A stretch of DNA of 63,017 nt, the filler included, from Lenisia limosa (Eukaryota > Protista > Breviatea): assembly GCA_001655205.1 (NCBI GenBank). It is 12 parts of 12 records of this genome, joined end to end, with 100 filler letters (N's around TTAATTAATTAA, not from the genome) between each part and the next. Parts side by side here need not be neighbours in the genome. Positions count along the whole stretch, not along the records: positions 9,033 to 13,800 come from LPNZ01001249.1; positions 13,901 to 32,225 come from LPNZ01005975.1; 10 more parts are not named here. One strand, written 5' to 3'. The notes below the pieces were generated by a model. The model was given only the letters and a program-made list of their open reading frames with translations. It ran no database searches and was not told the origin of the DNA. Both the position numbers and the translations under genes were made by a program. Positions 12,541 through 24,597 of the stretch are shown one piece after another. How positions within the stretch are numbered: the stretch's first letter is position 1; each line of letters starts with the position of its first letter.

Positions 12541-14211
12541 TATTTTTCTTTGGATCGTACTATGTGTAAAAGTATAGAAATGCTTTGAGAATATTCATTT
12601 TGATTGAGTTGTGGAGGGAGAAGTGACATCTTTTCTTTGGCATGAGCTCCACATATTAACATTTCAGCTGGGCATTCATAGCATGCTACTTGTTGCAAAT
12701 TATACTTTCCCTCCGCGTGGGTGAGGTTTTTCTGGCTGAGCTAAAAAATTAAAAAACGCATATTAATAAGAATAAAGGACTCTTCAATTTTGATCAAGTC
12801 CTGAATGCCTTTTTTGGGGTTGTTTTAGAATCCTTGCAACACACTTATTTACCCAGAGGGGGTGGGAGCATCACAATCAGACAGAGGCATCTTTATAATG
12901 GGGTAAGTCTAGAAAACAACTTTTCCCAGAAAATTTCTGTATCTTTCAAGGAAAACCACTACAAAAAGTGGGGAAATCCCGACTCGAGTGTTTTCCTATC
13001 GAATTCCCCGTCGTTTTTTTTTTGGTTGTGGTTGTCTTCCTTTTGTTACTCGGAGTTTTCTATTGAGGAGTTAAGCATAGAAATGTTCCTTAAATATTTA
13101 CTCCCTTAACTACTCAGTCTTTGCTTTTATTTTTTAACCAAAGAAGCACTAATAAGATCTTCATCTTTCACCTCTTCCGTATTAATTCTAAATGTTCAAA
13201 ACTCCTATGTATGATCCACAAGTTATTCTACCTAGGGCTGGTACCAATCACGCAACTATTTACATGACAAATACAAGGATCCACTACACATATGCTGTGT
13301 TCAACTGCCTTGGCAATTTCAACTCTCTTTCAGTTTGAGGGGGGGGGGGTATACTTTCAGTTGGAAAAATTCTTGATAAAATATCCACAATTCAACAGAA
13401 ATCCTTGTATTATTCGCGTTCTGCTGAATGAATAACTTATTGTATTTAGCTCTTCAAGGTCCACCTCCACCCGCTGGTCCCTGAGCATGTAATGGTCTTC
13501 TCCAAGTCCTTCGGTTTGCTCAAGGGATAGATGAAACAAGTGTTTTACAGATTAGAGCGATGAAAGGGCAGCAGTAGTTTGCCCCCCACCCCCATGTTTC
13601 TCTTCTGCTTAGTTTCATACCTTTGAAATTTGACAATAATGACTACTGTAATATATATATACTATGTCTATAGCTATGAATTAATACTATACTAGAACCC
13701 TATCTCACTTATAAGCGTGATGGTGTGGACGGCGTCGGCCAGATACTACCTTATTTTTTATTCATTGCTGTATTATAGTAATTATATATATATATATATA
13801 NNNNNNNNNNNNNNNNNNNNNNNNNNNNNNNNNNNNNNNNNNNNTTAATTAATTAANNNNNNNNNNNNNNNNNNNNNNNNNNNNNNNNNNNNNNNNNNNN
13901 AACAAAAATGTATCCAAAAGCAAGGACCGTACACAGGTTGAAAACAAATTAAAGGCAAAGGCCAGGCCAGTCGCTGGGGGTGGAGGGATTTCGATGAAGA
14001 ACTTTTGCACAAATTTACCAATCACAAAACAAAATAAACAGAAAGCAGTGAGCGTGAAGGGGTAAAAATGGAAGAAAAAAAAAAATACTGAGTCTCCGCT
14101 TTCGATTCCAAACGACGTACAATATCGATATTTTTCAGGAATATACGAAAATTCGGGCTTTTTTTGAAACCTAAAATGAAATTCTCCACAAATAGCCCCA
14201 CATACAAACAT

Positions 14212-15009
14212 CAGTCAACGCCTCAATGCGCGTAAGAACGTCAACGCCATCTAAAGTGTCATTGGTGGGAGTACGAACGTTATAAATACAAAAAAAAAAG
14301 TTTGTCCCTAGGGAGTAGTCAGATTTATAAGATTAATGCAGTTTCGTGCTCTATTAAGACTCAGCATCAGACTAAAACTGTCGATAAATTCATGAAAAAA
14401 ATATCAATATTTTACCAGTCTTTTTCGGACAGAAGGGAAACCCAAGCCAAAACCCTACTTAGTTGCAAGAGGGGGGCTTCGAGGCCCTCGGGAGTCATTG
14501 AAAGCTGTCCAAAACTGAGTATGGTTAAGAGATGGGTGGGGGAGGGGGTANNNNNNNNNNNNNNNNNNNNNNNNNNNNNNNNNNNNNNNNNNNNNNNNNN
14601 NNNNNNNNNNNNNNNNNNNNNNNNNNNNNNNNNNNNNNNNNNNNNNNGGGGGAGCTCAAAATCAACTCTATTGGCTTACAACACACGTTGAAAATAACAA
14701 AACAAACAAAGCCAGGGCCAGTCGCTTCTGCTACACCGCAGGAGAGTATAAGTATTGTGAATGCTGTTCGATAATACATGTGGTGAAACGAAAGGAGCTG
14801 TGCAATGTGTTTAAGAGATGGGGTGTGTGTGTGTGTAAAGAATAGTGAAAGCTGAGATGAAAAAAAGGGCATTGTTGTAAACTCTCTGCAGAACTGCATA
14901 AACATGTTATGTTTAAGCCCAACAATACCTGAAACTACTTCTCAAAAATTCCCCCTTACACAAAGCTACAAGTTAACGCAAGCACCAACGCCAAAGAAAT
15001 AGTGGTCAT
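14212..15009 (-). CDS. 5' part of a hypothetical protein with a possible signal peptide
   Basis: ATG at 15009 gives MTTISLALVLALTCSF then a GTAAG donor. A further minus exon DGVDVLTRIEALTD lies near 14212-14253. Truncated by the spacer. Confidence 0.4.
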
Positions 15010-15524
15010 CTTGATCACACGAGGTATGAGAATCGATGAAATAACTCCGAGTAGAAAGCGCCAGTCACTATTTCCTTTTCTTCTAAGCAAATACGTTCTT
15101 TTAGTGTAAAGAGGAGAGTGGAGGTGAGAAACTGAGAACGGGGGTCGATTGCCAGGTCTCAGCACTAAAGTGTTCTTATTTAATGATATATTTTGATAGC
15201 TTCTTTTTACACTTTCTACTAACTACATATTTCTCATCAACCATCTACCTGAGTTTAAATAATATCCGAACCTGAACCTGGGGGTACTGAGTCTAGTCTT
15301 TTACCTTCATGTGTGTTTTCTTAAATATAAACTTATTCCAACATTCTAACATGCTATCAGTGCAGTGTTCTAACTCCCCTAAGAAAAATGATCACCCTAT
15401 TTATCCAAGTTAAATGAATAAGTCATATATTCTGATGGGAAAAGTTGGTATGTTTGTGTTTTCCAAAATCGAAATTGCATTAACGCATTAACATCACTAC
15501 AACAACGAAACAAGAACCCAGTCT

Positions 15525-18500
15525 TCACAACTGCTCCTTCTCAAAAATGAAAACGGGACCGTCGGATGACTTGTTGGCCTTGGTAATCTCGCTTGATTTA
15601 ACGCGGAGATGATCTTGAACAAAACGAGGACCACAGCAGTACACGCCAATCTGAAATATGTAAAGCCTTGTGGTAATTCCAGGCACTTATCATTCAATCC
15701 ATATTTGACAAATCCAACTAAATATGACCATTGATTAAAAACCAACGTAAATTAACCTTTCTTCTCTATAAGACGTCGTTTCAATTACATTAATGGTAAG
15801 AGTGGCAATAAAATTTCTAGAAGTGACAGGTTGAACAGTCCACGTGATCATATTCGCGTTTCCTTAATATTGATGTATCAGACGTCACTATTATTAATTA
15901 TGGATCATTTTCATTACCATTATTGTCCAAAACTATAGACTGAACATTACTCACTGTTTTGTTGGCATTTCTTGGGATGTTGAGTTTGTCCATGGTCTTA
16001 TTGAGGTCTGGCATGCCGTAGCTAATGGTTGTTTCAATGCCGCTGTTCTAAAAGATAATCGAAAAGTTATAACATGTGAAAATTATAAAATCTATCCACT
16101 ACGTAGCCACTTGATGTTACTTCTTTCTAGCTATATATCATATGTATTGGATTAACATCGATTGTTTCAATAAAGTTAGAAATCAGGTAAGTCAGAACCA
16201 CATTGCACTGTGAACCTGTTTTCATTAAGAAATAACACGGCAAATCAAAACTTATCCCGATCACCTTATGACTCTCCAGATATTCACCCTTACATGTAAT
16301 AAATGATTATGAAATAAAACCGCGCTCACATGAAGATGTCACAAATGACACAACCCTTTAATGAAGTCATGACTTCATTATCTTACGTCTCATCGAACAA
16401 ACCTTCACTCTTTTGCGTGTAACAGGCCCCATGGAAGGGTTACCATCAGCCTCATCGTAGTTGTTGAAGGAGTCCGCACGGTCTCCGCTGGCATCATCTT
16501 CATCATCTAGAAGTTTGGAAAAGAAGTCGAAATAAGAAATAGTAGTGATAATTCAGTGGACCGCTGAATTTATCAATGCAATATTCCCTTTGATATGGTT
16601 ATTTTCGATTTCAAACGTAATCACAATATGATGACAAATTATCTGATTCATAGCTAAAGAACCTTATGCTAAGAAGAACCTTTGAGTTAGTGCTTATTTT
16701 TCCAAATTTTGAAATACTTTTTAAGTCAATTTCAAGGATTCCAAATTGATGACAACTATCTGACAAAAGGTGTTTTTGCAACAATCCCCACCTACCACTA
16801 CTGGTGGTTTCCTTGATGTCAGAGGGGAACGCGGAAGGGTTGCGTCCAATAGCGGGCGAGTCACTACAAGGTTATAATTGCTTTTGAATCTCATAAGATT
16901 AAGTATTGCTCTGAGAATATTTTTTATTGCAGTAATTTTTTGAAATTTTCATTTTGTTTGACGCGACAATTGAAATGTTTCTAAACGACATCATGAAGAT
17001 AACCTTGGTAAAGACACCAAATGAATTGTCATTATTTGCTAATAATGAAATTAGAAAATTGCTCATGAGACTAAAAAAAATGAAAAACTTCCAAAAGCCT
17101 CCAACTTGAACATGATTTTGTTAGGGGCTGGCCCGGCGTCAGTGTACTACACAATATTAAAATCGTGTAATGAATATATTATATGAAGATTTAAGATTTG
17201 TAATTTTACACATTGTGAGACTCAGATTATTACGTGACACTATCAAGAAAGCAACACAAAAAACAGTGGACAATCCCAAACCGTCTTAAATTGACTAATT
17301 CTAACAAAGATGTGAACCTTGACCAGAATCCGCATGATTGGATCGTCAATATCTCAATCAGTCAGAAAGTTTCATTTCGACAAATTGGAACGAAGTTGCG
17401 AGAAAAAATTCCAAATGCCCAAAATATAAACTAGTCATTGTCATTTAGCACTTCTTAACCGTTCCCAAATTACCATTGAAATTACCCAAGCATATGTTCC
17501 CAAATTACCATTTAGAACCGTTCTGGCCCATTCGAGGGAGGTTTCGTCACGAATCATCCAGATCAGAGAGATCTCGCGAAGATTGTGTTTAGTGCTACGG
17601 ACTGTCTGAAAGGTTATATAAGCATCATCTAGTTTGTCTTTGTTGTATCATTAAATAAGAAATGATTTTATAACCTGGTGTTTGAGCATACTCAAAATGA
17701 AAATTGTCAACATATTCGTCATATTTTGTCCACTCTCAGAAATTATAGTTTTATATGAAAAGAGATAAGAAAACCAGTATAGCATAACATTATATGTAAA
17801 GATGAACAAATTTACAACAAGTAAAATCTGTGCGATGCAGCCAACACAATCACGCTTATAACAAATGTAGTATACTATGTGATTGTAAACATCTACCACT
17901 ACAACCCATATGATATACTATAATGTATTTATCACATATCGATTATATGCATTTATCATAATATGAAAATATCCATACATAGTACATTGACCACCAAACC
18001 TTTTCGCTTCCGTTACCACTAATCGTGTAGCCTTCACAGGTGTGCGAAAGGTGGCGAATGAGTGACATAAAGGGAGTAATACCGATTCCACTTGCGAAAA
18101 ATAGAGCCTTGTCATATGAAAACGCGTGTTCGGCTGAAATACCAAAAGGTCCATCAACCTAAAAAGTCACATCCATTCTACAAATTTATCATACCTAAAT
18201 TCTCTCTTCAAAATACTCGTTAAAAAGAATGTGATAATTATTATATATGCATATCATTTGGTAAAATCAATCAATAAAATACTAACAATTGTCGAAAACT
18301 AAATTTTTTGAATTAAGATTTGTTATTGAGTATAAATAAGATATTTCAAAAAAGTCACAAAGGAATTCTGTATTTAAAAATTTACCTTGAACTTGTGGTA
18401 CTGAAGCTGTTTATCGTGAACAAGTCCGCTGGCTTCCAACTCCTTTTGTTTTTCTGAAAGTTGAGAAGACGATTCACAAGAATATGCACAAGGTTGAATA

Positions 18501-21500
18501 TATGCGATTGACTATTGTCATTCCCAAGAAATTGTTGCGCCACTCAACATTGGAAGAAATACTATTATAAACATCAATCCTGAATATATAATCATTGTGT
18601 TTGTTTCAGTTTTCAGTCATATTTCAATGTTATTGTGTCATATAATAATTTCATAGGCACAGTTAAATTCAATTGTGATACGGTAGGAGAAATAAAAGAT
18701 GAACGACTACTTACCGTTAAATAGGGCAATTCTTGACATGACCGCAATCATTTTCTCAGTCCAGTCTCCTTTGACGCCAATATGGAAGTTGATGAACTTA
18801 TCGTGAGGCGACGAAGCCTGTTTTAATAGTAAAAAGGATAATACCTCGAAATGAATCAGGTTATAGCACATTTAAAAGTGATTAAATCAAAAACCTTGAC
18901 ATGCATTACAGTTATATATATTGTATCAACAAGTAATATAAAATTGAATTATTTGGATTCATGTGGCAAAAATTTTCATAAAAGTAAGAATGACACTCTG
19001 GAAAATGATAAATTACGTCGTTGAGTAGCCTTGTTGTTACGATCCACTGAGCCTCAGCCCTTGTTTCCTCCCCCCTTTGTTGGAAGATATTTCATCATAA
19101 TTGTGAATGTAACACATAGTTGCCTCTTACGATGTTAAAAGGATGCCATTCGGTCTCCGAAATAAAAGGGCATTGCAACCATACAAAGTTGCCTAAAAGC
19201 GATTAATCGAAAAAAAATTAGCTATTTAACAATAAAACTGTAATGAAATTTTGTCAACAAATGATATTTGTATTGGTATGAATTCCAAAAATACCAGGGC
19301 GGTAGTTGAAACGGCGGGGCTTTTCGAGACGAATTCGGAGAATGTCACCCTCAATAAGAAGACACTATATAGATAATGACGCTACAACGCAAAGATATTT
19401 TGTAGTTTAAGCATCATGGAATCAGAGAAACATTTGTCTGATATGTACGGCAAGGAGTTAATAAAAATGTGAGTTTATGGTGGTGTATTCGTGATGTAAC
19501 AATGTTGATTTTGCTATTAAATTTTTTGTTTTGAAACACACAAAGTTAAAGAACTTGAACTATTTAACTCACGTCATGGACCTTGAACTTCTTGCGACGG
19601 TTGATGAGGCTTTTGATCTTCTCGAAAAAGAAAATTCTTGAAAATTAAAACATTATATTAAGTTTTTATAATAATCAACAATGGAAACTAATCATTTTCC
19701 GTCTTTTGGACTTCTGGTTTTTTATTTCAGTACTGATACATTTAGTAGTATTAAAACTTGACATTTGTTGTTACTTAAACGAAATGATAAACGTAAATGA
19801 TTCGACGGTTCATCCTGAGTGTAGTAGTCAACAATTGTCTGTCAATCTTCATACCATAGGATAGGTTTATCGTATCACTGCCTGAAAATGATAGTTCACC
19901 TGGGTGAATATGACCCACATCTAAGATCCCCCTTACAAAACGCCCGGCATGACCCAAATATAGGCAGTTGGTGGTTCCAAGAGAGCGGCAGTACCGTGAA
20001 TGACCAAAGCCACGAAAATGATAATGTAGAGGTGGTGAACGTTGAAAAAACAATTGAAATTGGCCCTACGTGCCGAACTCCTATGGATATTAAAATTCAA
20101 AAATTGTTTTTGTTTTCTCTTACCGAATTATTTCACACGACTATTAAAAAAGTTGGGGGTTATGTCTACTTCAAACAATTTGTTCTAAGGTATACCAATG
20201 ATCTCTATTTAACAAGTAAGTATTATTTTTTGTTCTAAAATTACAAACCTGGCAGTATACATGACAGCAAGCATGCTCAACAGAAGAATCCATCCTGTGA
20301 CTCCTGGAATTGAGGCAACATGCCTAAAGGCTATTAAGTTTATATTTTATCAATGGGGGTTTCTTTTCATCCCAGGTAAATGGGGTTAAATAAAGTACCG
20401 AGATTGCGAGATAGTGCAAATACAAAATTAATCAATTATTGTGTCAAATAGCAAATTGACACGTGAATATTTGGAACTAAATTGAATTTCCTTTCCAAAA
20501 AGCCAAATCTATTGTGTAGTTAATACTGCCAACCATTCCAATTCAGTTGGCATTTCTGAGAATCGGTTTTCACCAAGGCAATCGTTCAACTAAGATTCGT
20601 CACATTCAAATTAGGATTATTTAAGAAATATAAAAAAGGTATCAAATGGCTGATGATAAAAAACAAAAAACAATTTAAGGGTTTTCTTAGAGTGTATCAG
20701 AGTATTATTAAGCTTGTTATGTCAATTTCATAACTCACTGCGTAGAAAATGGTATTAACCCATGTGATAATGACCAAAATTGGTATAACCTGTCGAAAGA
20801 GGAAATGTGACAAGGTAGATTATGTTGAAAGCATAAGAAAGTTGGAGGTGGGGAAAACAAAAACCCGCCCACGTCATTAACGTCTTCTTTACCTGCCAGA
20901 ATGTGAACATTGACAACATGAGTGAGGGAGTGGACAATGCACACCCATCCAGCAAGCCAGCCCACACGTCTGAATGGTGATGTAGTGGTGGCAAGACGCT
21001 ACGTATGCAACTATGTATCAATAATATGATAATCTACAATGTGACAAGAGAGGGACTGTATAAACAGGCTAAGACACTTGTTTTTATTTGACATTGGCGT
21101 GATTATCAAAGTTTCACAAGTAGTATATTATTTCAATCACTATGAAATAACTGATATTATTCGTTTACATGATTTTTACCATATAGTATTCCTAAATGGT
21201 CATGAATTGTAGATAGTTTTTAGATTTATAAAGTATCACACCTGTGGAAAGCAGTGCGATTATAGAAGGGAAGGACCTTGTTGAACCATGAGCGTGAGAG
21301 GGCTGCCATTGTGCGGTGACTGTATTGGTCAATGTATTATTCAGGATCGATACCAATAATGGTCATTTTTATGACATGAATTTCTCACACAATGAACACT
21401 GTGTGGAGATCCAACAAAAATTTATTTCACAACAAATAACAAACTAATTAGTATCTTTAGAAGCTCTAATAAGAATCCCAAATCTCTAACATTCCTTACA

Positions 21501-23153
21501 TGTGCTTAATGTATCGAGTTGTAAAGTACAAAATGAGTAATAAAAGCGAAGCCCCTTTTGGCTTACGAAATTGGAAGGAGAATGATGGCAAAAAGGAAAC
21601 AAAGAATAAGGCCACATGCACGACTGATAACCACCTGGGGGCCTGAAGGTATTAGGTTGTCAATAATTATTTGAACCGAGATCTTTAAGATACCCACCAA
21701 TGCAGTCAACAATTCCGGAACGCATTTCAACGTAGTAGTAAACCTATACTCATTATTATCTAATGACTAATGACCAAAATCAAATTGTAATCTACTAATA
21801 TCCCAAAATAGCCAAAATATTCCTGCAGATCCAAACCCGTACACTGGCTTACCTTTATTGCTGCCAAAAAGAAGACAAATGTCATGAAGAGAAGTACAAA
21901 GACCAAGCCTCTTCCCCGGTGCCAGAAGGAGACCTTGTAATTTCCTGTCTATTATGTGAGTGCACTTTCATAAACACATTTTTTACCAAATGTCAATGTT
22001 TGTTGTTTTATTTCGATCAATTGTGACAATAGCAAATGGAAATCATTCAAAGTATTGCAGGATCTTAAGATAACTGGAGTACTAGTGCGACAAAGTACAG
22101 TTGAATCTCAAAAAATACTTCTAAAATCCTATTATGATCAAATATTTGTCTCTTTCAGAAAATATATATTTATCTGGATATATATTATGCAGTACCACTA
22201 TTATGTTTCTCTTTTGGATCCTCAGTGAAACATCTTTTATTAAGATAATAATAAACTAATTGGAAAATAACTTCATACCATGCCCTACACTACCCATGCA
22301 TACTCCAGGAGACGGAATTGTTGCACGGCTGTTGAGCGGAGGCTGACCTTCTGTGTGATTGTAGTTGCTTTCGTTGTATGCAGGACTATAAAGTGATTCT
22401 TTGAGAACCGCATCCAGAGTACCAACAAATTTTATTATCTCACAAATGACAAATTGCACAATTGACACGGAATATAAGAGGCAGCACTTGTATTTCTTAC
22501 GGTTGATAACAATTTTAAATGACATATTACTTCAATAAACTAAATTGTAGACACTTTCTATATTTTTTGAAGATATTTCCAACAATTAACTGACAGTCTT
22601 ACTTATTACACATAATATACCCCATTCCAACGGTGAACTGCTGGTACTTCCGTCCTCAATTGAGGATGGCATAGGGGACCTTGAACGGTTACCACCAAGT
22701 GTTGGCGTGTCCAGATCCACTGGTGACATGTGCGCTATGTTGGGTGAATTACTATTATTATCCACTAGTATCAGATGCGTGATGGCCATCTAATTATATG
22801 ATACTTTTATTTATCAGATTTATGACATGAGTGAATTGAAATGACAATTGAAATTTGATTATGACAAATATATCATTTCTTATGAAACGTAACAAGTGCT
22901 CTTAAACACTATAAATACATAAAACAATACCAATCCAAATATATTTTCTATGTCATGAATACGTACGACTTGAATATGAGTTAAATTGATACAAAAGATT
23001 GAATTCAAATATTAGAAATTCAGATTACTACTTCACACCCAAGCGCTTACGAGAGGGGGTAGAAGAGGCTTCAAGCTTCCCCTTCTTCTTAGCCCTGTTC
23101 TTCCTCACTCGCGGAGTACCAGCTCTTGACCCACCAAGGTGGTCGTCGCCCAT
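15525..23153 (-). CDS. NOX: NADPH oxidase (NOX/gp91phox superfamily), ~21 exons, no EF-hands
   Basis: From ATG 23153 (MGDDHLGG...): TM helices; ISRACGLILCFLFAIILLPIS; FHRRVGWLAGWVCIVHSLTH; PGVTGW; FFNVHHLYIIIFVALVIHG (all four heme His). FAD domain FNYRPGNFVWLQCPFISETEWHPFNIASSP...IGVKGDWT. NADPH domain VDGPFG...ASGIGITPF, ISLIWMIRDETSLEW, ISYGMPD, IGVYCCGP...FIFEKEQL* (stop 15525-15527). Confidence 0.93.
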
Positions 23154-24597
23154 GGTAAACTATAACGTATAAGATGTGGCATTATACAAAAACGACTAAT
23201 TCTCAATATATCCTCAAAAACTCTCAATATTTTTTCGGTCCTTTTCTAAGAGAAGTGAAGCCATAGGCATATAAATCAATCACCTTTAAAAAAGAACCAA
23301 AAAGTGATATATATATGGATGTGTTGGCTGGAGGGAGGATAAGTCAATTTTATTATACAGTATGAATATTGGTATTTGGCTGCATAAGGTAATGTGCATC
23401 TTTTTGGTAGTAAATGGTATTACTTGTAGTTGACAAAAAAGGTGTCAAATGGGAAGAATCAATTTGAGGAATAAAATTTCAAGGCGGAATGTCCGCCATA
23501 TAGTACAAAGTGTGTTGAAGAGAAGGATATACTCGTGAAAACAGTATGAAACTCAATAAAAAGAGAGAAATTTCCCAAAAAGGAAAGTTTTTCAGGGAAT
23601 CTGCATAAATTGAATGAAAAGCAGCTAAATATAAGAGGAATAGACCGTTTAAGATAAAAAACAGAGCAGCAGATCAGCAAGAGCAAGAGGAAACAACAAC
23701 TCTTGATATATGAATGAATAGACACTCTCCTACTCAATTCGTGACAAAGGCAGGGGGCCTTCACTACAAAGATGCAAATACAGACTATCAACTTCTTCAA
23801 CACGACAAGGGGAAATGCGGAAGTTGAACAAAAAAGAGAACAAAACTTACCATATAAGGAAAGCCATGACTAACAACCCGAATAAGTGTGGCTCGGAGTT
23901 TCAGATAGTTCTTTGGGCTATCCGATTATTCACTTGTACCAGTGCACTTGGTTCCGAAAATGACTGACATAATTCTCATGTTGAGTCTTATTTAAAGTAT
24001 ACTGCGAAAAATATTGCTAAACACCGACACATACTTGAGAAATACCTCAAAAATCCTTTTAATTGCTGGCTGGGGGAATAAGACAGTGATCAATGCTTGC
24101 CTTATCAGGAAAGTTACACCCACTTTTAATCTGGGATTCTCTTCATGGTAACTGGTTTCAGCCATTAGTATAATCTTTACCCAGAATATAAACAATTGAA
24201 ATATTTTCCCTTAAAAAATCTCCTTTAGCATCCATCCCCTTATCCTCTTCATATCTGTCAACTTGAGATGTTTAAATACCTTTTCACTTCTCGATATCGT
24301 TTGTGAAAGTAGGTGCTGATCTGATGTGTTAACATCATATCAACATCATATCAATACATTTGTACTTAGACATTACTGTAGTGACTTCCCGTCATATTAT
24401 ACTTCATTAATCATGAATATTCAAAATAATGTTAATGAAGTTCTGTTTTCCAATTTTGCCTCTTTCTAGATTCAAGTTATTCACTCAGATTATGTTAGTC
24501 GGTCCATGTGTACATTTACGACAATATTCCACTGCAATTCGTTTCGTTTCACCCCGATTTCAGTGTTAGGAACAATCCGAACCCCTCGTATACCCAG

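Noticed and set aside
19888-20238. 116-aa plus-strand ORF
   Set aside because: It is the antisense shadow of the NOX TM5 exon.
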